Assembly (NCBI GenBank): GCA_963714975.1
Contig: CAVQQD010000003.1
Location: 448,001-512,000, forward strand
Length of the DNA stretch: 64,000 nt
From: an uncultured Gammaproteobacteria bacterium
GTDB taxonomy: Bacteria > Pseudomonadota > Gammaproteobacteria > JAURND01
Reading direction: 5' to 3'
Below, in pieces: positions 11,690 through 20,997 of this stretch; the first letter of the stretch is position 1; every line of letters begins with the position of its first letter. The notes beneath the pieces were generated by a model. That model was not told where the DNA came from. It did no database searches and saw only the letters and a program-made list of their open reading frames with translations. The translations under genes and the position numbers were made by a program.

Positions 11690-11850
11690 AGAGAGAAAAG
11701 GCTCCCTCGCAAGAAGGAGCCTGCGGGCGTGAGCGACCGGTCAGCAATAGGTTATACAGCCGTGGGAATCAAGGTACTCTAGCCCTAACTCTCAATACGT
11801 TTGAATAGTTCATTTGGGACTAAAGCTCCCGCTTACAATCGTAAATATCG
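11690..11850 (+). ncRNA. Predicted bridge RNA of IS110 element 1 (ends approximate)
   Basis: 5' hairpin GGCTCC..GGAGCC; guides CAGCAAT, GGGAAT, ATAGTTCAT, CTTACAAT match target and donor in the expected order. Confidence 0.8.
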
Positions 11851-11858
11851 AGGTTACC

Positions 11859-12812
11859 ATGAAATTGTATAGTTCTTTTATCGGTATGGATATAGGGAAA
11901 TTTAATTTTGTTGTTGCCTTACATGGAGAAAAGATCACGAAAGAGTATCCAAATAGCGCTGAGGGCATTAAGGATTTTTTAAAAGATTATGAAGAAATTT
12001 TACCCACAGCATTTTGTGTGGTTGAAACGACAGGGGGTCATGAAAAAATTTTGTTACTGGCCCTGCGTTCTAATAGATATGCAGTCCATCGTGCAGATAC
12101 TAGGAAAGTAAAAAACTTTATCCATTCCTATGGTAAAAAGGCAAAAACAGATGCATTAGACGCTAAAGGACTAGCCCATTATAGTTATGAAAGGTATCAG
12201 GAATTAGATATTTATGAACCTCCTGATGAAACGGATATAGCACTTTTTACATTGGTAATGCGTAAAAATGATTTAACAGAGATGCTGGTTGCTGAAAAAA
12301 ATCGCCTTAAATCGCCTAATAATCATGAAATAGTAGAAATAAGTTGTAAAAAAATGATTACCATGCTCTCGGAAGAAATCAAATTGCTCAATGAGAAAAT
12401 AAATGAGCTGATTGAAGGTGTACCTTATTTAAGGGAAAAAAGGAAAGTTTTAAAGAGCATTCCAGGGATTGGTGATGTGCTGAGCTGTGAATTGATTACT
12501 TTATTGCCTGAACTAGGAACACTGGATAGGAGAAAAATAGCTGCTTTAGCTGGGTTAGCTCCTCAAGCAAATGAGAGTGGCAAATACAAAGGATACAGGC
12601 GCTGTGGTTATGGTCGTCAAGGAGTGAAGCCAAAATTATTTCTCGCTGCCATGGCGGCAAGGAATTCAAATTCGCATCTAAAAGTCTTTTATGAAAAATT
12701 GGTTGGGTCAGGTAAAAAGAAAATGGTGGCTTTAACCGCTTTAATGAGAAAAATTTTAGTCATCGCCAATGCAAAGGTAAGAGATTTCAATAAAGAATAT
12801 AATTTGGCTTGA
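11859..12812 (+). CDS. IS110 family DEDD transposase/recombinase
   Basis: GMDIGK, VETTG, KTDALDA, SIPGIG, NESG (catalytic Ser loop), ALMRK. Confidence 0.96.
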   Translation: MKLYSSFIGMDIGKFNFVVALHGEKITKEYPNSAEGIKDFLKDYEEILPTAFCVVETTGGHEKILLLALRSNRYAVHRADTRKVKNFIHSYGKKAKTDALDAKGLAHYSYERYQELDIYEPPDETDIALFTLVMRKNDLTEMLVAEKNRLKSPNNHEIVEISCKKMITMLSEEIKLLNEKINELIEGVPYLREKRKVLKSIPGIGDVLSCELITLLPELGTLDRRKIAALAGLAPQANESGKYKGYRRCGYGRQGVKPKLFLAAMAARNSNSHLKVFYEKLVGSGKKKMVALTALMRKILVIANAKVRDFNKEYNLA

Positions 12813-12960
12813 AAGAGCACCAAGGAGGGTGCGGTCAAGCCAAATCGACAAGCCCGCTCAGCGGGCGCGTCAGTAGGGAGAAACCCTAGTTTAGGCTGGG
12901 GTTTATAGACTTGTATGCTTAAAAATTTTATTTTTTTAAAATTTTTAAGACATAGTTGAT

Positions 12961-13042
12961 TCCCGCTGAAACCCTGCTCGCCGACGGGTCCCCGCCTGCG
13001 CGTCACCCGTCGTTCAAATGGCTGCAGAGCTGGAATTGCTGG
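12961..13042. repeat. Family D palindromic repeat (remainder after IS110 insertion)
   Basis: TCCCGCTGAAACCCTG..GACGGG..CCCGTC..GGAATTGCTGG. Confidence 0.85.
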
Positions 13043-13119
13043 TTCACAGTAGACATCAACTGCTTTTTTTAGGATGATAGCCTGAGCTGCAACAATTCCA
13101 ACTAAATGAGGTAAATACA

Positions 13120-14034
13120 ATGAGATACGTAGAAACTCAATCAATTGAATTGGCGGAAGATAATGCTAAACGCTTTGCCTATTCTACTATGGCAGCAGCA
13201 GCGGTTCAGATGGGTCTATTTGCTTATGCATTAAGTACCTATGATCCAGAGCGGATCCCCAATGCATTTGGGTATTTAACTATGTGGCAATTAGCACTGT
13301 TAGCCATGACTTGCTTAGTGGCTGCAATCAAAGTGGCAAATATTTATCGCAACACAAAATCATCTGATAAAGATCCTGGCAAAAAACGAATCCACCAATT
13401 ACTTGCGCTGCGAGATGACCCCAATAATTTAAGAAGTTTGACGTTTTATGTCTCAATAGTGGCCAGTGCTTTATTTTGGGGCATATTGGCCAAGGATTAT
13501 ATAGTGGCGCTGGACTATGAGAAATTAGGAGTGAGTTTTGCATTCCATGGTTTGGGCTTCTTACTTTATTTGGCCTATATTTCTTACAACCGTATAGACA
13601 TTTCTCACAACACAGCTGATTGCTGTGCTGGGAAAGACAAGGAGGATCCTGGGGAGGAGGATTATGTCGATTTGGCGGAGAGCAAAGATGAGAGTGCGGG
13701 GAAGAGCAAGCAGGTCTCTGCATGGGATAAGTTCATGCAGTTCTTTCATGACCACCCCTATGTAAGAAATGGGTTATTTTGCGCTACTTATTTAGGTTTT
13801 TCAGTGGCTTTAGCAAAAGGAGGGGTAAACAGTCCTTTAGGTCAACCCTATTTCTATGAAGTGCTAGATTGGAATAATCACTTGTCTACTGCGCTCATTT
13901 TTGCCAGCATAGGATTAGTCGCCATGTTGGCCCTCACTCTTGCCTGTGGTTGGGCTCAAACCAAAGTACGTGATTGGCGGGATCAGGCAGAGCGAGAACA
14001 GTATCAGACTGTTGATCATACTGCTGGCAAATAG
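13120..14034 (+). CDS. Multi-pass membrane protein, FAR-17a/AIG1-like
   Basis: About 6 TMs with YLTMW, LFWGIL, FHG, FYEVLDW motifs. Confidence 0.55.
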   Translation: MRYVETQSIELAEDNAKRFAYSTMAAAAVQMGLFAYALSTYDPERIPNAFGYLTMWQLALLAMTCLVAAIKVANIYRNTKSSDKDPGKKRIHQLLALRDDPNNLRSLTFYVSIVASALFWGILAKDYIVALDYEKLGVSFAFHGLGFLLYLAYISYNRIDISHNTADCCAGKDKEDPGEEDYVDLAESKDESAGKSKQVSAWDKFMQFFHDHPYVRNGLFCATYLGFSVALAKGGVNSPLGQPYFYEVLDWNNHLSTALIFASIGLVAMLALTLACGWAQTKVRDWRDQAEREQYQTVDHTAGK

Positions 14035-15296
14035 TGAAAATTCAATATCTAACTGCTAGTTGTGTAGGTAATACCCTCGAATGGTTCGATTTTGGATTAT
14101 TTATTTACTTAGCCACGCAAATAGGCGCACAATTTTTCCCTGTTGCTGACCCGCAAATGGCTGCGTTGGCTGCTTTTGCTGTGTTTGCAGCAGGATCCAT
14201 TTGTCGTCCCTTAGGCGCCGTATTTTTTGGCTATGTGGGTGATCGATTCGGGCGCGCGGTCGCCTTGCGCGCCTCAATCTTGACCATTACGTTGACTATG
14301 TTGCTAGTGGGGTTATTACCCACTTATCAGCAACTCGGTATGCTTGCAACGGGTCTTTTCATTTTTGTACGTTTATTGCAGGGTCTTTCCGTAGGTGGAG
14401 AGTATACCAGTGCTGCAGTCTATATTGCAGAACTAGCACCGACCCAATACCGAGGTTTTTTCACTGCATTTGTAGCCAGCAGCGCTAATGCCGGTTTCCT
14501 GTTAGCCACCTTAGTAGTGTTGCTCTTAAAAGCATCGGTTCCCTTACCAGCATTGCAGGCGTGGGGCTGGCGTTTGCCATTTTTATTTTCTGGCTTGCTA
14601 GGATTGGCAATTTTGTATTATCGACTGCGACTTATTGAAACTCCCGCTTATTCTGAATTGAGAAGGCAACAGCGCCTTACAAAAATACCTTTGCTTGCGG
14701 CATTTCGCTCGGATCCTGGAAACATGCTGAAAATTTTCGGCATGACCGCCATGGGCTCTTCGTGTTATTTTGTGTTTTTTGGTTATATGCCAACTTATTT
14801 GGCTGAATATGCAGATTATCCTCCGCAGTTATTTTTCACCCTGCAGGGGATTTTATTGCTGCTGATGATCATTTTAATCCCCGTGGCGGGAATTTGTGGG
14901 GATCGTTTTGGTCGAAAAAACATGTTAATTATTGCCGGTCTGGCTTTGTTCTTGTTAGTTTTACCCGGTTTTTATTTGCTACAAAGTAAAACTATTCTTG
15001 CCATTGTGGTGTCTTTGATGATTGCCGCGTTATTAAGTGCTTTGGAGCAGGGGAACACCCTTGCCACAGCCATTGAGCACTGCCCCGCGGAGATCCGTTG
15101 TACGACGGTATCTTTTGCCTATAATCTGGGAAATGCCTTACTGGGGGGCTCTTCTCCTTTGATTGCGGCATTACTGGCCCAAGGGATAAACCATTTTGCT
15201 CCTGCGTATTATTTAATGGGAATGGCTATTATTAGTTTGGTAGCTATTACTAGCTTAAGGAATATGCGTCAGGTAACTTCCGCAACTAATATCTAG
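14034..15296 (+). CDS. MFS transporter, MHS (ProP-like) family
   Basis: GNTLEWFDF, GDRFGR, QGLSVGGE, WGWRLPF. Confidence 0.93.
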   Translation: MKIQYLTASCVGNTLEWFDFGLFIYLATQIGAQFFPVADPQMAALAAFAVFAAGSICRPLGAVFFGYVGDRFGRAVALRASILTITLTMLLVGLLPTYQQLGMLATGLFIFVRLLQGLSVGGEYTSAAVYIAELAPTQYRGFFTAFVASSANAGFLLATLVVLLLKASVPLPALQAWGWRLPFLFSGLLGLAILYYRLRLIETPAYSELRRQQRLTKIPLLAAFRSDPGNMLKIFGMTAMGSSCYFVFFGYMPTYLAEYADYPPQLFFTLQGILLLLMIILIPVAGICGDRFGRKNMLIIAGLALFLLVLPGFYLLQSKTILAIVVSLMIAALLSALEQGNTLATAIEHCPAEIRCTTVSFAYNLGNALLGGSSPLIAALLAQGINHFAPAYYLMGMAIISLVAITSLRNMRQVTSATNI

Positions 15297-15320
15297 GTAA
15301 AACCATGCAGCACAGGATAG

Positions 15321-15443
15321 AAACAGGCATCTATGGCCTATCTTTCGCAACGAAATAGCTGAAAAATGCTCATGTACTAACGTGTACACTGCGCTTTTTC
15401 ATCAATTTCTTTGCTTCAACCTAGGCTCATAGCTGCCTGTTTT
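15321..15443. repeat. MITE-like palindromic element
   Basis: Terminal IR AAACAGGCA..TGCCTGTTT with central GAAAAATGC-TGTAC..GTACA-GCGCTTTTTC hairpin. Confidence 0.65.
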
Positions 15444-15478
15444 TGCCGATTTTGGCAATGTGGCGAATAGTTCCGTAT

Positions 15479-16624
15479 CTAAATGATTTGGCCTTCCCAA
15501 AGTTTCGCAAGGAAATCACGCCAGTGTAAAATTTCAATTGAATTTTGTTTACGATTGATAGGATCAAAACTAATTAAATAATAACGTTGGCAAATATTTT
15601 CTTCTGCTAATACGGTTAAGCCCTTCAAATGTTTGGCAGCTACATATTGGGTAGTTTTAACTTCAATCGCAATTCTATCATCCAATATAAAGTCCACTTC
15701 ATGGCCGTGAGTAGAACGCCAATAATTCAGTGGAATAAATAAGCGTCGGTAACTGATATAAGCTTGCAGTTCCAGTGCGATAAAATGTTCGAATGCTTGA
15801 CCATATAAGTCTGCAGCGGGTTCCAGATGTTTAATAGAAGCCAGAGTGTTTTTTACTCCCAGATCGAAAAAATAAAATTTAGCAGTACTTAACGCTTTAC
15901 GTTTGATAGTTTTATTCCAACCTGAGATCAGAAATCCCAGAAAAGTATCTTGTAGAATTTGATAATACTCGCGTACTGTGCTTACTGGGATGCCGGTATC
16001 GCTAGCGATGCTGGTGAAGTTTATTATTTGTCCTGATGTTAGCGCTGCCACAGTTAGAAAGCGGGAAAAAGCAGGAATTCGTCTCACAAGAGCTTCCATT
16101 TGGATTTCTTGCTGTAAATAAGTGTTTACGTAAGCATGTAATTCTTCTTGTGGCTCCTCACTTAAGTAAACAGGGGGAAGACCACCCACCTGTAAATAAC
16201 GCTCTAGGTTGAAGTTGGGTATTTCATGACTAGTGAGGGGAAACAAATGAGCTTCCCAGGCTCGACCTGCAAGTAGATTGGTGTGGTGTTGACGTAATTT
16301 TCTCGCACTGGACCCAGTCAGTAAAAAGCGGATTTTTTGTTCTTCTATCAATCGATGCACTTCATTAAGCAGCATTGGAATACGTTGTACTTCATCTATC
16401 ACTACCGTAGAGTACACAGGAAAAGCATGGATAATGCTTTCTAAAGCATAGGGGGCTTCATTTAAGCGCAAAAATAATTGACCTTCGAGGAGATTCAGCA
16501 CTGGAACGTTGGAATTGAATTGCTTTCTAATCAGGGAAGATTTGCCAGTTGCGCGGGGTCCAAACAGAAAAAATGATTTTTTTTCCAATAAATTGGGCAG
16601 GTCTAACAGCCTAGATATAAACAT
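15479..16624 (-). CDS. AAA+ ATPase with DUF4143 and PD-(D/E)xK-like C-terminus
   Basis: GPRATGKS, IDEVQ, LTGSSAR, KFYFFDLG, EVDF..IEVK; start placed at MFISRLL. Confidence 0.9.
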   Translation of the reverse strand: MFISRLLDLPNLLEKKSFFLFGPRATGKSSLIRKQFNSNVPVLNLLEGQLFLRLNEAPYALESIIHAFPVYSTVVIDEVQRIPMLLNEVHRLIEEQKIRFLLTGSSARKLRQHHTNLLAGRAWEAHLFPLTSHEIPNFNLERYLQVGGLPPVYLSEEPQEELHAYVNTYLQQEIQMEALVRRIPAFSRFLTVAALTSGQIINFTSIASDTGIPVSTVREYYQILQDTFLGFLISGWNKTIKRKALSTAKFYFFDLGVKNTLASIKHLEPAADLYGQAFEHFIALELQAYISYRRLFIPLNYWRSTHGHEVDFILDDRIAIEVKTTQYVAAKHLKGLTVLAEENICQRYYLISFDPINRKQNSIEILHWRDFLAKLWEGQII

Positions 16625-16654
16625 AGCTATAATCTCATTGGGAAAATCCACGGT

Positions 16655-16691
16655 AATTCTACAGAATATCCGGATATTTGGCAATAGAATT
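16655..16691. promoter_or_regulatory. Palindromic operator candidate (AATATCCGGATATT)
   Basis: Perfect 14-bp palindrome 16665-16678 with outer AATTCTA/TAGAATT arms; same core precedes the paralog at 41390. Confidence 0.6.
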
Positions 16692-16985
16692 GCTGATGTA
16701 TAAAATCCAAGATATGTTGTCAAGCAATAATATGGTAGATTATCCAGGGCTTTTTCTTACCATAGAGGGAGCTAGCGCTCTAGTTCTTGCTGTCTGTACC
16801 TGTTATTTGGTTAAAAAATATTTTAAATCATGATTTGGTTGAGAGAGCTGAAACATCTGTGCGAAATGATTTAATTATGGAAGCGGTTAATGCGCCTGAG
16901 ACGGTTAGCACACCCGTCGGATAATTACTGCGAGGTTATTTTTTGGAATCATTAAATAGATTAGCACGATTCACGAGGAAAATTT

Positions 16986-17279
16986 TTGATGAGTATTAAA
17001 CCCCAAGATATTATTCCAGATGGAGTTGATTTTGTGGAAAGACAAGGAATAGCAATCAGAAAAGGCAGTGCAGCCGCAATTTTAGCCAATGCAGATATTT
17101 TAGCAAATGAACAAGCCAGCCAAGCTCAGAAGGAGGCTGCGCTGCAAACAATTCGTGAACTCATGCCTGGAATGGTCGCTGCAGGAATGCACCGTCATGT
17201 GACTTGGAATAATTCAGAAATCCAAAAAATAATGCAGGAGGTATATCGTGAAATTCCCCATTGGGATCAGCGATTTTAA
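16986..17279 (+). CDS. Small hypothetical protein
   Basis: 97-aa ORF with GAGG RBS upstream; no function recognised. Confidence 0.7.
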   Translation: MMSIKPQDIIPDGVDFVERQGIAIRKGSAAAILANADILANEQASQAQKEAALQTIRELMPGMVAAGMHRHVTWNNSEIQKIMQEVYREIPHWDQRF

Positions 17280-17817
17280 AGAAATTATCAAGGGGAATTT
17301 TTATTTCTTTGATAAGAGCTTATTTATCAAAGAAGTTCTTGATGACACCAAAGTCTTATTAATCACCCGCCCACGACGTTTTGGCAAGACCTTGAATATG
17401 TCAATGCTGCGATATTTTTTTGCCAAAGAAATATGGGGTGAAGCCAATAATCCTACGTTGTTCGATGGCTTGAACATTACTCGTTGCTCAGCAGAATATC
17501 TCCAGCATCAAGGCCACTATCCGGTGATTTTCTTAACCCTTAAAGATGTAAAGGATAATAATTTCGACAATTTCTACACCAGCTTTTGCCAGGTAATTAG
17601 CGAGCTTTATTCAGAGCACCGCTATTTATTAGAGAGCGATAGCTTATATTCTGAGGATAAAGATGTTTATCGGTCTATTCTGGATCAGCAGGCCAGTTTT
17701 GCAAATATGCAAGTTGCCTTAAAAAATTTAACTCGATATTTGTATCTACACAAGAGGACAAAAGGGTGTCACGCGAGCAACTCGCTATACTCCTGTTCTT
17801 CAGAAGGCCAGCCTTAA
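17248..17817 (+). pseudogene. Truncated AAA-ATPase-like (PD-(D/E)xK nuclease-associated) gene
   Basis: PIGISDF, DKS, TRPRRFGKTLNMSML, YPVI; similarity stops at about 17755, before Walker B. Confidence 0.85.
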
Positions 17818-17843
17818 AATCAACAATACTGTGCCAGATTAAT

Positions 17844-17870
17844 GAGATCCCTCGCTTCGCTCGGGATGAC
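17844..17870. repeat. Family A repeat half
   Basis: GAGATCCCTCGCTTCGCTCGGGATGAC. Confidence 0.8.
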
Positions 17871-17967
17871 GCATGGGGAGTTGCCGGGATGACATTTGGG
17901 GAGTTACCATCCATAGGGATGGCACCGGGGAGTTACCTCCATTGTCGGAATTTACCATTGTCATGTG

Positions 17968-17997
17968 TTGACATGAAAATCTAATTTAGATTAAAAT
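17968..17997 (+). promoter_or_regulatory. Sigma70-like promoter with a palindromic operator in the spacer
   Basis: TTGACA-N18-TAAAAT containing AATCTAA-T-TTAGATT, directly before the regulator gene. Confidence 0.6.
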
Positions 17998-18004
17998 ATC
18001 CAAT

Positions 18005-18601
18005 ATGAACAAAGTAATAAAAAAGTTTTTGCCTACCGCTGAAGCTATTCAACGGTTATTGCATCCTTATGCGGAAGTGGTTATTCATGACATTAAGCGC
18101 AACAAAATTGCAGCCATATTTCATTCTTTTTCTAAGCGTAGGGTGGGGGATCCTTCATTGTTAACTCCAGAAGAAATGAGTGGGTTGGAAGATTGTATCG
18201 GGCCTTATGAAAAGCTGAATTGGGATGGTAATAAGCTCAAATCAATTAGTAGCGTGATTCGAGATGAAACTGATCAAGCAGTTGGCTTGTTATGTATCAA
18301 TTTAGACATTTCTAAATTAATTACCATCAGTCAGGGGATAATGACGTTTATGCAGAGTGGCAATCTTATTGCTCAACCCTCCCATTTTTTTAAAGACGAT
18401 TGGCAAGAAAAAATTAATCAATATGTTCATACTTACTTGAGTGAACGCCATTTAAATTTGGAATCACTAAATCGGGATGAGAAAAAAGCTTTGATTGAAC
18501 ATTTAAATAAAATTGGTGCGTTTACTGGAAAAAACGCTGCTGCGTATGTTGCTCAGGTTGTCGGGATATCTAGAGCAACGGTTTACAATTATCTGAGGTA
18601 A
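18005..18601 (+). CDS. YheO/DauR-like PAS-HTH transcriptional regulator
   Basis: EVVIHD, GLLCINLD, GISRATVYNYL. Confidence 0.92.
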   Translation: MNKVIKKFLPTAEAIQRLLHPYAEVVIHDIKRNKIAAIFHSFSKRRVGDPSLLTPEEMSGLEDCIGPYEKLNWDGNKLKSISSVIRDETDQAVGLLCINLDISKLITISQGIMTFMQSGNLIAQPSHFFKDDWQEKINQYVHTYLSERHLNLESLNRDEKKALIEHLNKIGAFTGKNAAAYVAQVVGISRATVYNYLR

Positions 18602-18603
18602 GC

Positions 18604-19734
18604 ATGAAAATAGCCCCCTTTAAAATTGAAGAATATTTCACCCAATATGAATTTTCAGTGCAGTATATGATGGGATCTTCTGATCCGGAATCTTTTACTT
18701 TGTCAGAAATAGTTGCCATGGCGGATTCGGAAAGTTTATCTTTATGGAATCAGTTGTATTTGGGATATACCGAATACTATGGTCTGCCGTTGTTGAGAGC
18801 TGAAATCAGCCAATTATATTCGAGCTTGGATCAAAATCATATTCTGGTTTGTTCTGGCGCAGAAGAAGCCATTTACATCACCATGCAGGTTTTGCTAAAA
18901 CCAGGAGATCAGGTTATCGTAGTGACTCCTTGCTATAATTCGCTTAAGGAAATTCCTAAAGCCGTTGGCGCGCAAGTCACCGAGTTACCATTGAATTATC
19001 AAAATGATCACTGGTCTTTAGATTTGGAAAAATTTGCCTCTTTGGTCACCAAAAGAACTAAATTGATTATCGTTAATTTCCCCCATAATCCAACGGGGTT
19101 TTTACCCAACCATGAAACTTTTCAAGCGATTGTTGAAATAGCGAAACGGCATAATTCTTATTTATTCAGTGATGAAGTTTTCCGATTGTCCGAGCAAGAT
19201 CCGCAAGATCGATTACCCAATGCAGTGGATTGTTATGAAAAAGCGCTGAGTATAGGGGTGATGTCTAAATCATTTGGATTAGCGGGATTGCGGATTGGTT
19301 GGATTGCTTCTCATCTTAAAAGTTTGCTTCATGATTTTGTATCCTATAAAAATTACACTTCAATGTGTAATAGCGCTCCTAGTGAAATTTTATCATTGAT
19401 TGCCCTACGAAATAAGGAACGGATTTTAGAAAGAATTCAAAACATTACCAAACCTAATTTGGATTTACTGGATAATTATTTTCAGCGCAATGCAGATGTT
19501 TATCAATGGGAGCGCCCACGAGCGGGTTTTGTTGGGTTTCCCAAGTTAAAATTGCAAATAAACATAGAGACTTTTTCCAAAAGATTCATTGAAGAAGAAA
19601 ATGTGGTGATTTTACCTGATACTTTATTTGATTATTCAGATAATCGATTTAGAGTAGGCTATGGCAGAGGTTATTTTCTGGAAACATTAAATAGACTAGA
19701 GGGATTCACCAAGAGATTGCATATGGTTCTTTGA
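18604..19734 (+). CDS. PLP-dependent aminotransferase class I/II
   Basis: NFPHNPTG, SDEVF, SKSFGLAGLRIGW; stop codon is supplied by the IS end. Confidence 0.93.
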   Translation: MKIAPFKIEEYFTQYEFSVQYMMGSSDPESFTLSEIVAMADSESLSLWNQLYLGYTEYYGLPLLRAEISQLYSSLDQNHILVCSGAEEAIYITMQVLLKPGDQVIVVTPCYNSLKEIPKAVGAQVTELPLNYQNDHWSLDLEKFASLVTKRTKLIIVNFPHNPTGFLPNHETFQAIVEIAKRHNSYLFSDEVFRLSEQDPQDRLPNAVDCYEKALSIGVMSKSFGLAGLRIGWIASHLKSLLHDFVSYKNYTSMCNSAPSEILSLIALRNKERILERIQNITKPNLDLLDNYFQRNADVYQWERPRAGFVGFPKLKLQINIETFSKRFIEEENVVILPDTLFDYSDNRFRVGYGRGYFLETLNRLEGFTKRLHMVL

Positions 19735-19769
19735 CATCCTTGTATCTTAATTCTAATCACTCAATGTGG

Positions 19770-19950
19770 TTAAATATCCAAGGGCACTTGGATAGGGGTA
19801 AATATGCCGGTGACATCCTAAGGCATTAAGCCTGTAGAGGAGATTTTAGCAATTTACCCCGTACTTTATTCATACAGACCGGACGGTATCTTAGGACTTG
19901 AGGTAAATATCAATGATCCTGTATTCACAAGGTTGGTCCGAATAAAGCTA
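19770..19950 (+). ncRNA. Predicted bridge RNA of IS110 element 2 (ends approximate)
   Basis: 5' hairpin TATCCAAG/CTTGGATA; target loop closed by GGGGTAAAT/ATTTACCCC; donor loop closed by CTTTATTC/GAATAAAG; four guide segments match. Confidence 0.88.
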
Positions 19951-19982
19951 TCCAAGCTATTCGCAACATGTAGGATACTACT

Positions 19983-20948
19983 ATGAAGAAAGCATTTCTA
20001 GGCATTGATATCAGTAAAAATACATTTGATGTAGCTGTGCTAATGGAAGATAAGATAAAAACTCAAAAATTCAACAATAACGAGCAAGGCTTTAATAAAT
20101 TACTTGTATGGCTAAACCAGAAGGAAATCGTGTTGTCTCAAGCTTGTATGGAAGCAACCAGTATTTACGGGCAGGCATTAGCCGAATTTCTTTATGCTCA
20201 AGAAATCCCTATAAGCGTTGTTAATCCTGCGAGAATTAAAGGATTTTCTCAAAGTGAATTAGCCCGCTCTAAAAATGATATTCTTGATGCAAAATTAATT
20301 GCAAGATTTTGTAAGTTGATAGGCCCAGAATTATGGCAACCAACTCCTGAACCGATTAAAATATTACAGCAATGGGTTAGGAGATTGGATGATTTAATCG
20401 CTATGCACAGACAAGAAGAAAACCGATTAGAAGTTTCTGATCATTGTTTAAAGGAGCACATACAAGAGAACATTAGCCACTTAGAAAACAATATTAAGGA
20501 AGTTAAAAATGTCATTAAAAATCACATAAATAGCGATCCTGACATGAAGAAAAAAAGCAAGCTATTGCAATCTATTCCTGGTATTGGAGAAGCAACTACA
20601 GCGCAGATATTGGCTTTTATTGGGAATGTGAGTAAATTCAATAATGCGAAAGAATTGGCGGCATTCGTTGGTCTTAATCCCAAGCAACGACAATCAGGAA
20701 CCTCTATCAATGGTAGAGCTAGACTCTCTAAAACAGGTGATTCGGCTCTAAGAAAAGCATTTTATATGCCCGCTGTTGTCGCCATGAGACATAACCCAAT
20801 ACTCAGAAATTTTTCTATGCGACTAGAAAAAACCGGCAAACACAAAATGGTTATTATTGGCGCAGTAATGAGAAAGCTTGTTCATATGATTTACGGGATA
20901 CTAAAATCTGAAACCGTGTTTGATCAAAATATATTAAAATTAGCTTGA
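19983..20948 (+). CDS. IS110 family DEDD transposase/recombinase
   Basis: [29 protein letters not shown]. Confidence 0.97.
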   Translation: MKKAFLGIDISKNTFDVAVLMEDKIKTQKFNNNEQGFNKLLVWLNQKEIVLSQACMEATSIYGQALAEFLYAQEIPISVVNPARIKGFSQSELARSKNDILDAKLIARFCKLIGPELWQPTPEPIKILQQWVRRLDDLIAMHRQEENRLEVSDHCLKEHIQENISHLENNIKEVKNVIKNHINSDPDMKKKSKLLQSIPGIGEATTAQILAFIGNVSKFNNAKELAAFVGLNPKQRQSGTSINGRARLSKTGDSALRKAFYMPAVVAMRHNPILRNFSMRLEKTGKHKMVIIGAVMRKLVHMIYGILKSETVFDQNILKLA

Positions 20949-20997
20949 CAGATGAGACGGTATCTCCTCGCCTAAAGGGCGAGGATTCCTACTGCGG

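Larger units (their letters stand above)
11655..12960 (+). mobile_element. IS110-family element 1, core dinucleotide AT, inserted in a family D repeat
   Basis: Flanks CCAGCA-AT (11649-11656) and AT-TCCCGCTG (12959-12968) rejoin to CCAGCAATTCCCGCTG, which is intact at 46641. Confidence 0.9.
19739..20965 (+). mobile_element. IS110-family element 2 (IS621-like, core CT)
   Basis: Ends CT-TGTAT and ACGGTAT-CT give donor ACGGTATCTTGTAT; flanks rejoin to the tnpB right end. Confidence 0.93.

Noticed and set aside
17875-17937. CRISPR mini-array
   Set aside because: Repeats are only 11 bp with short unequal spacers, and there are no cas genes
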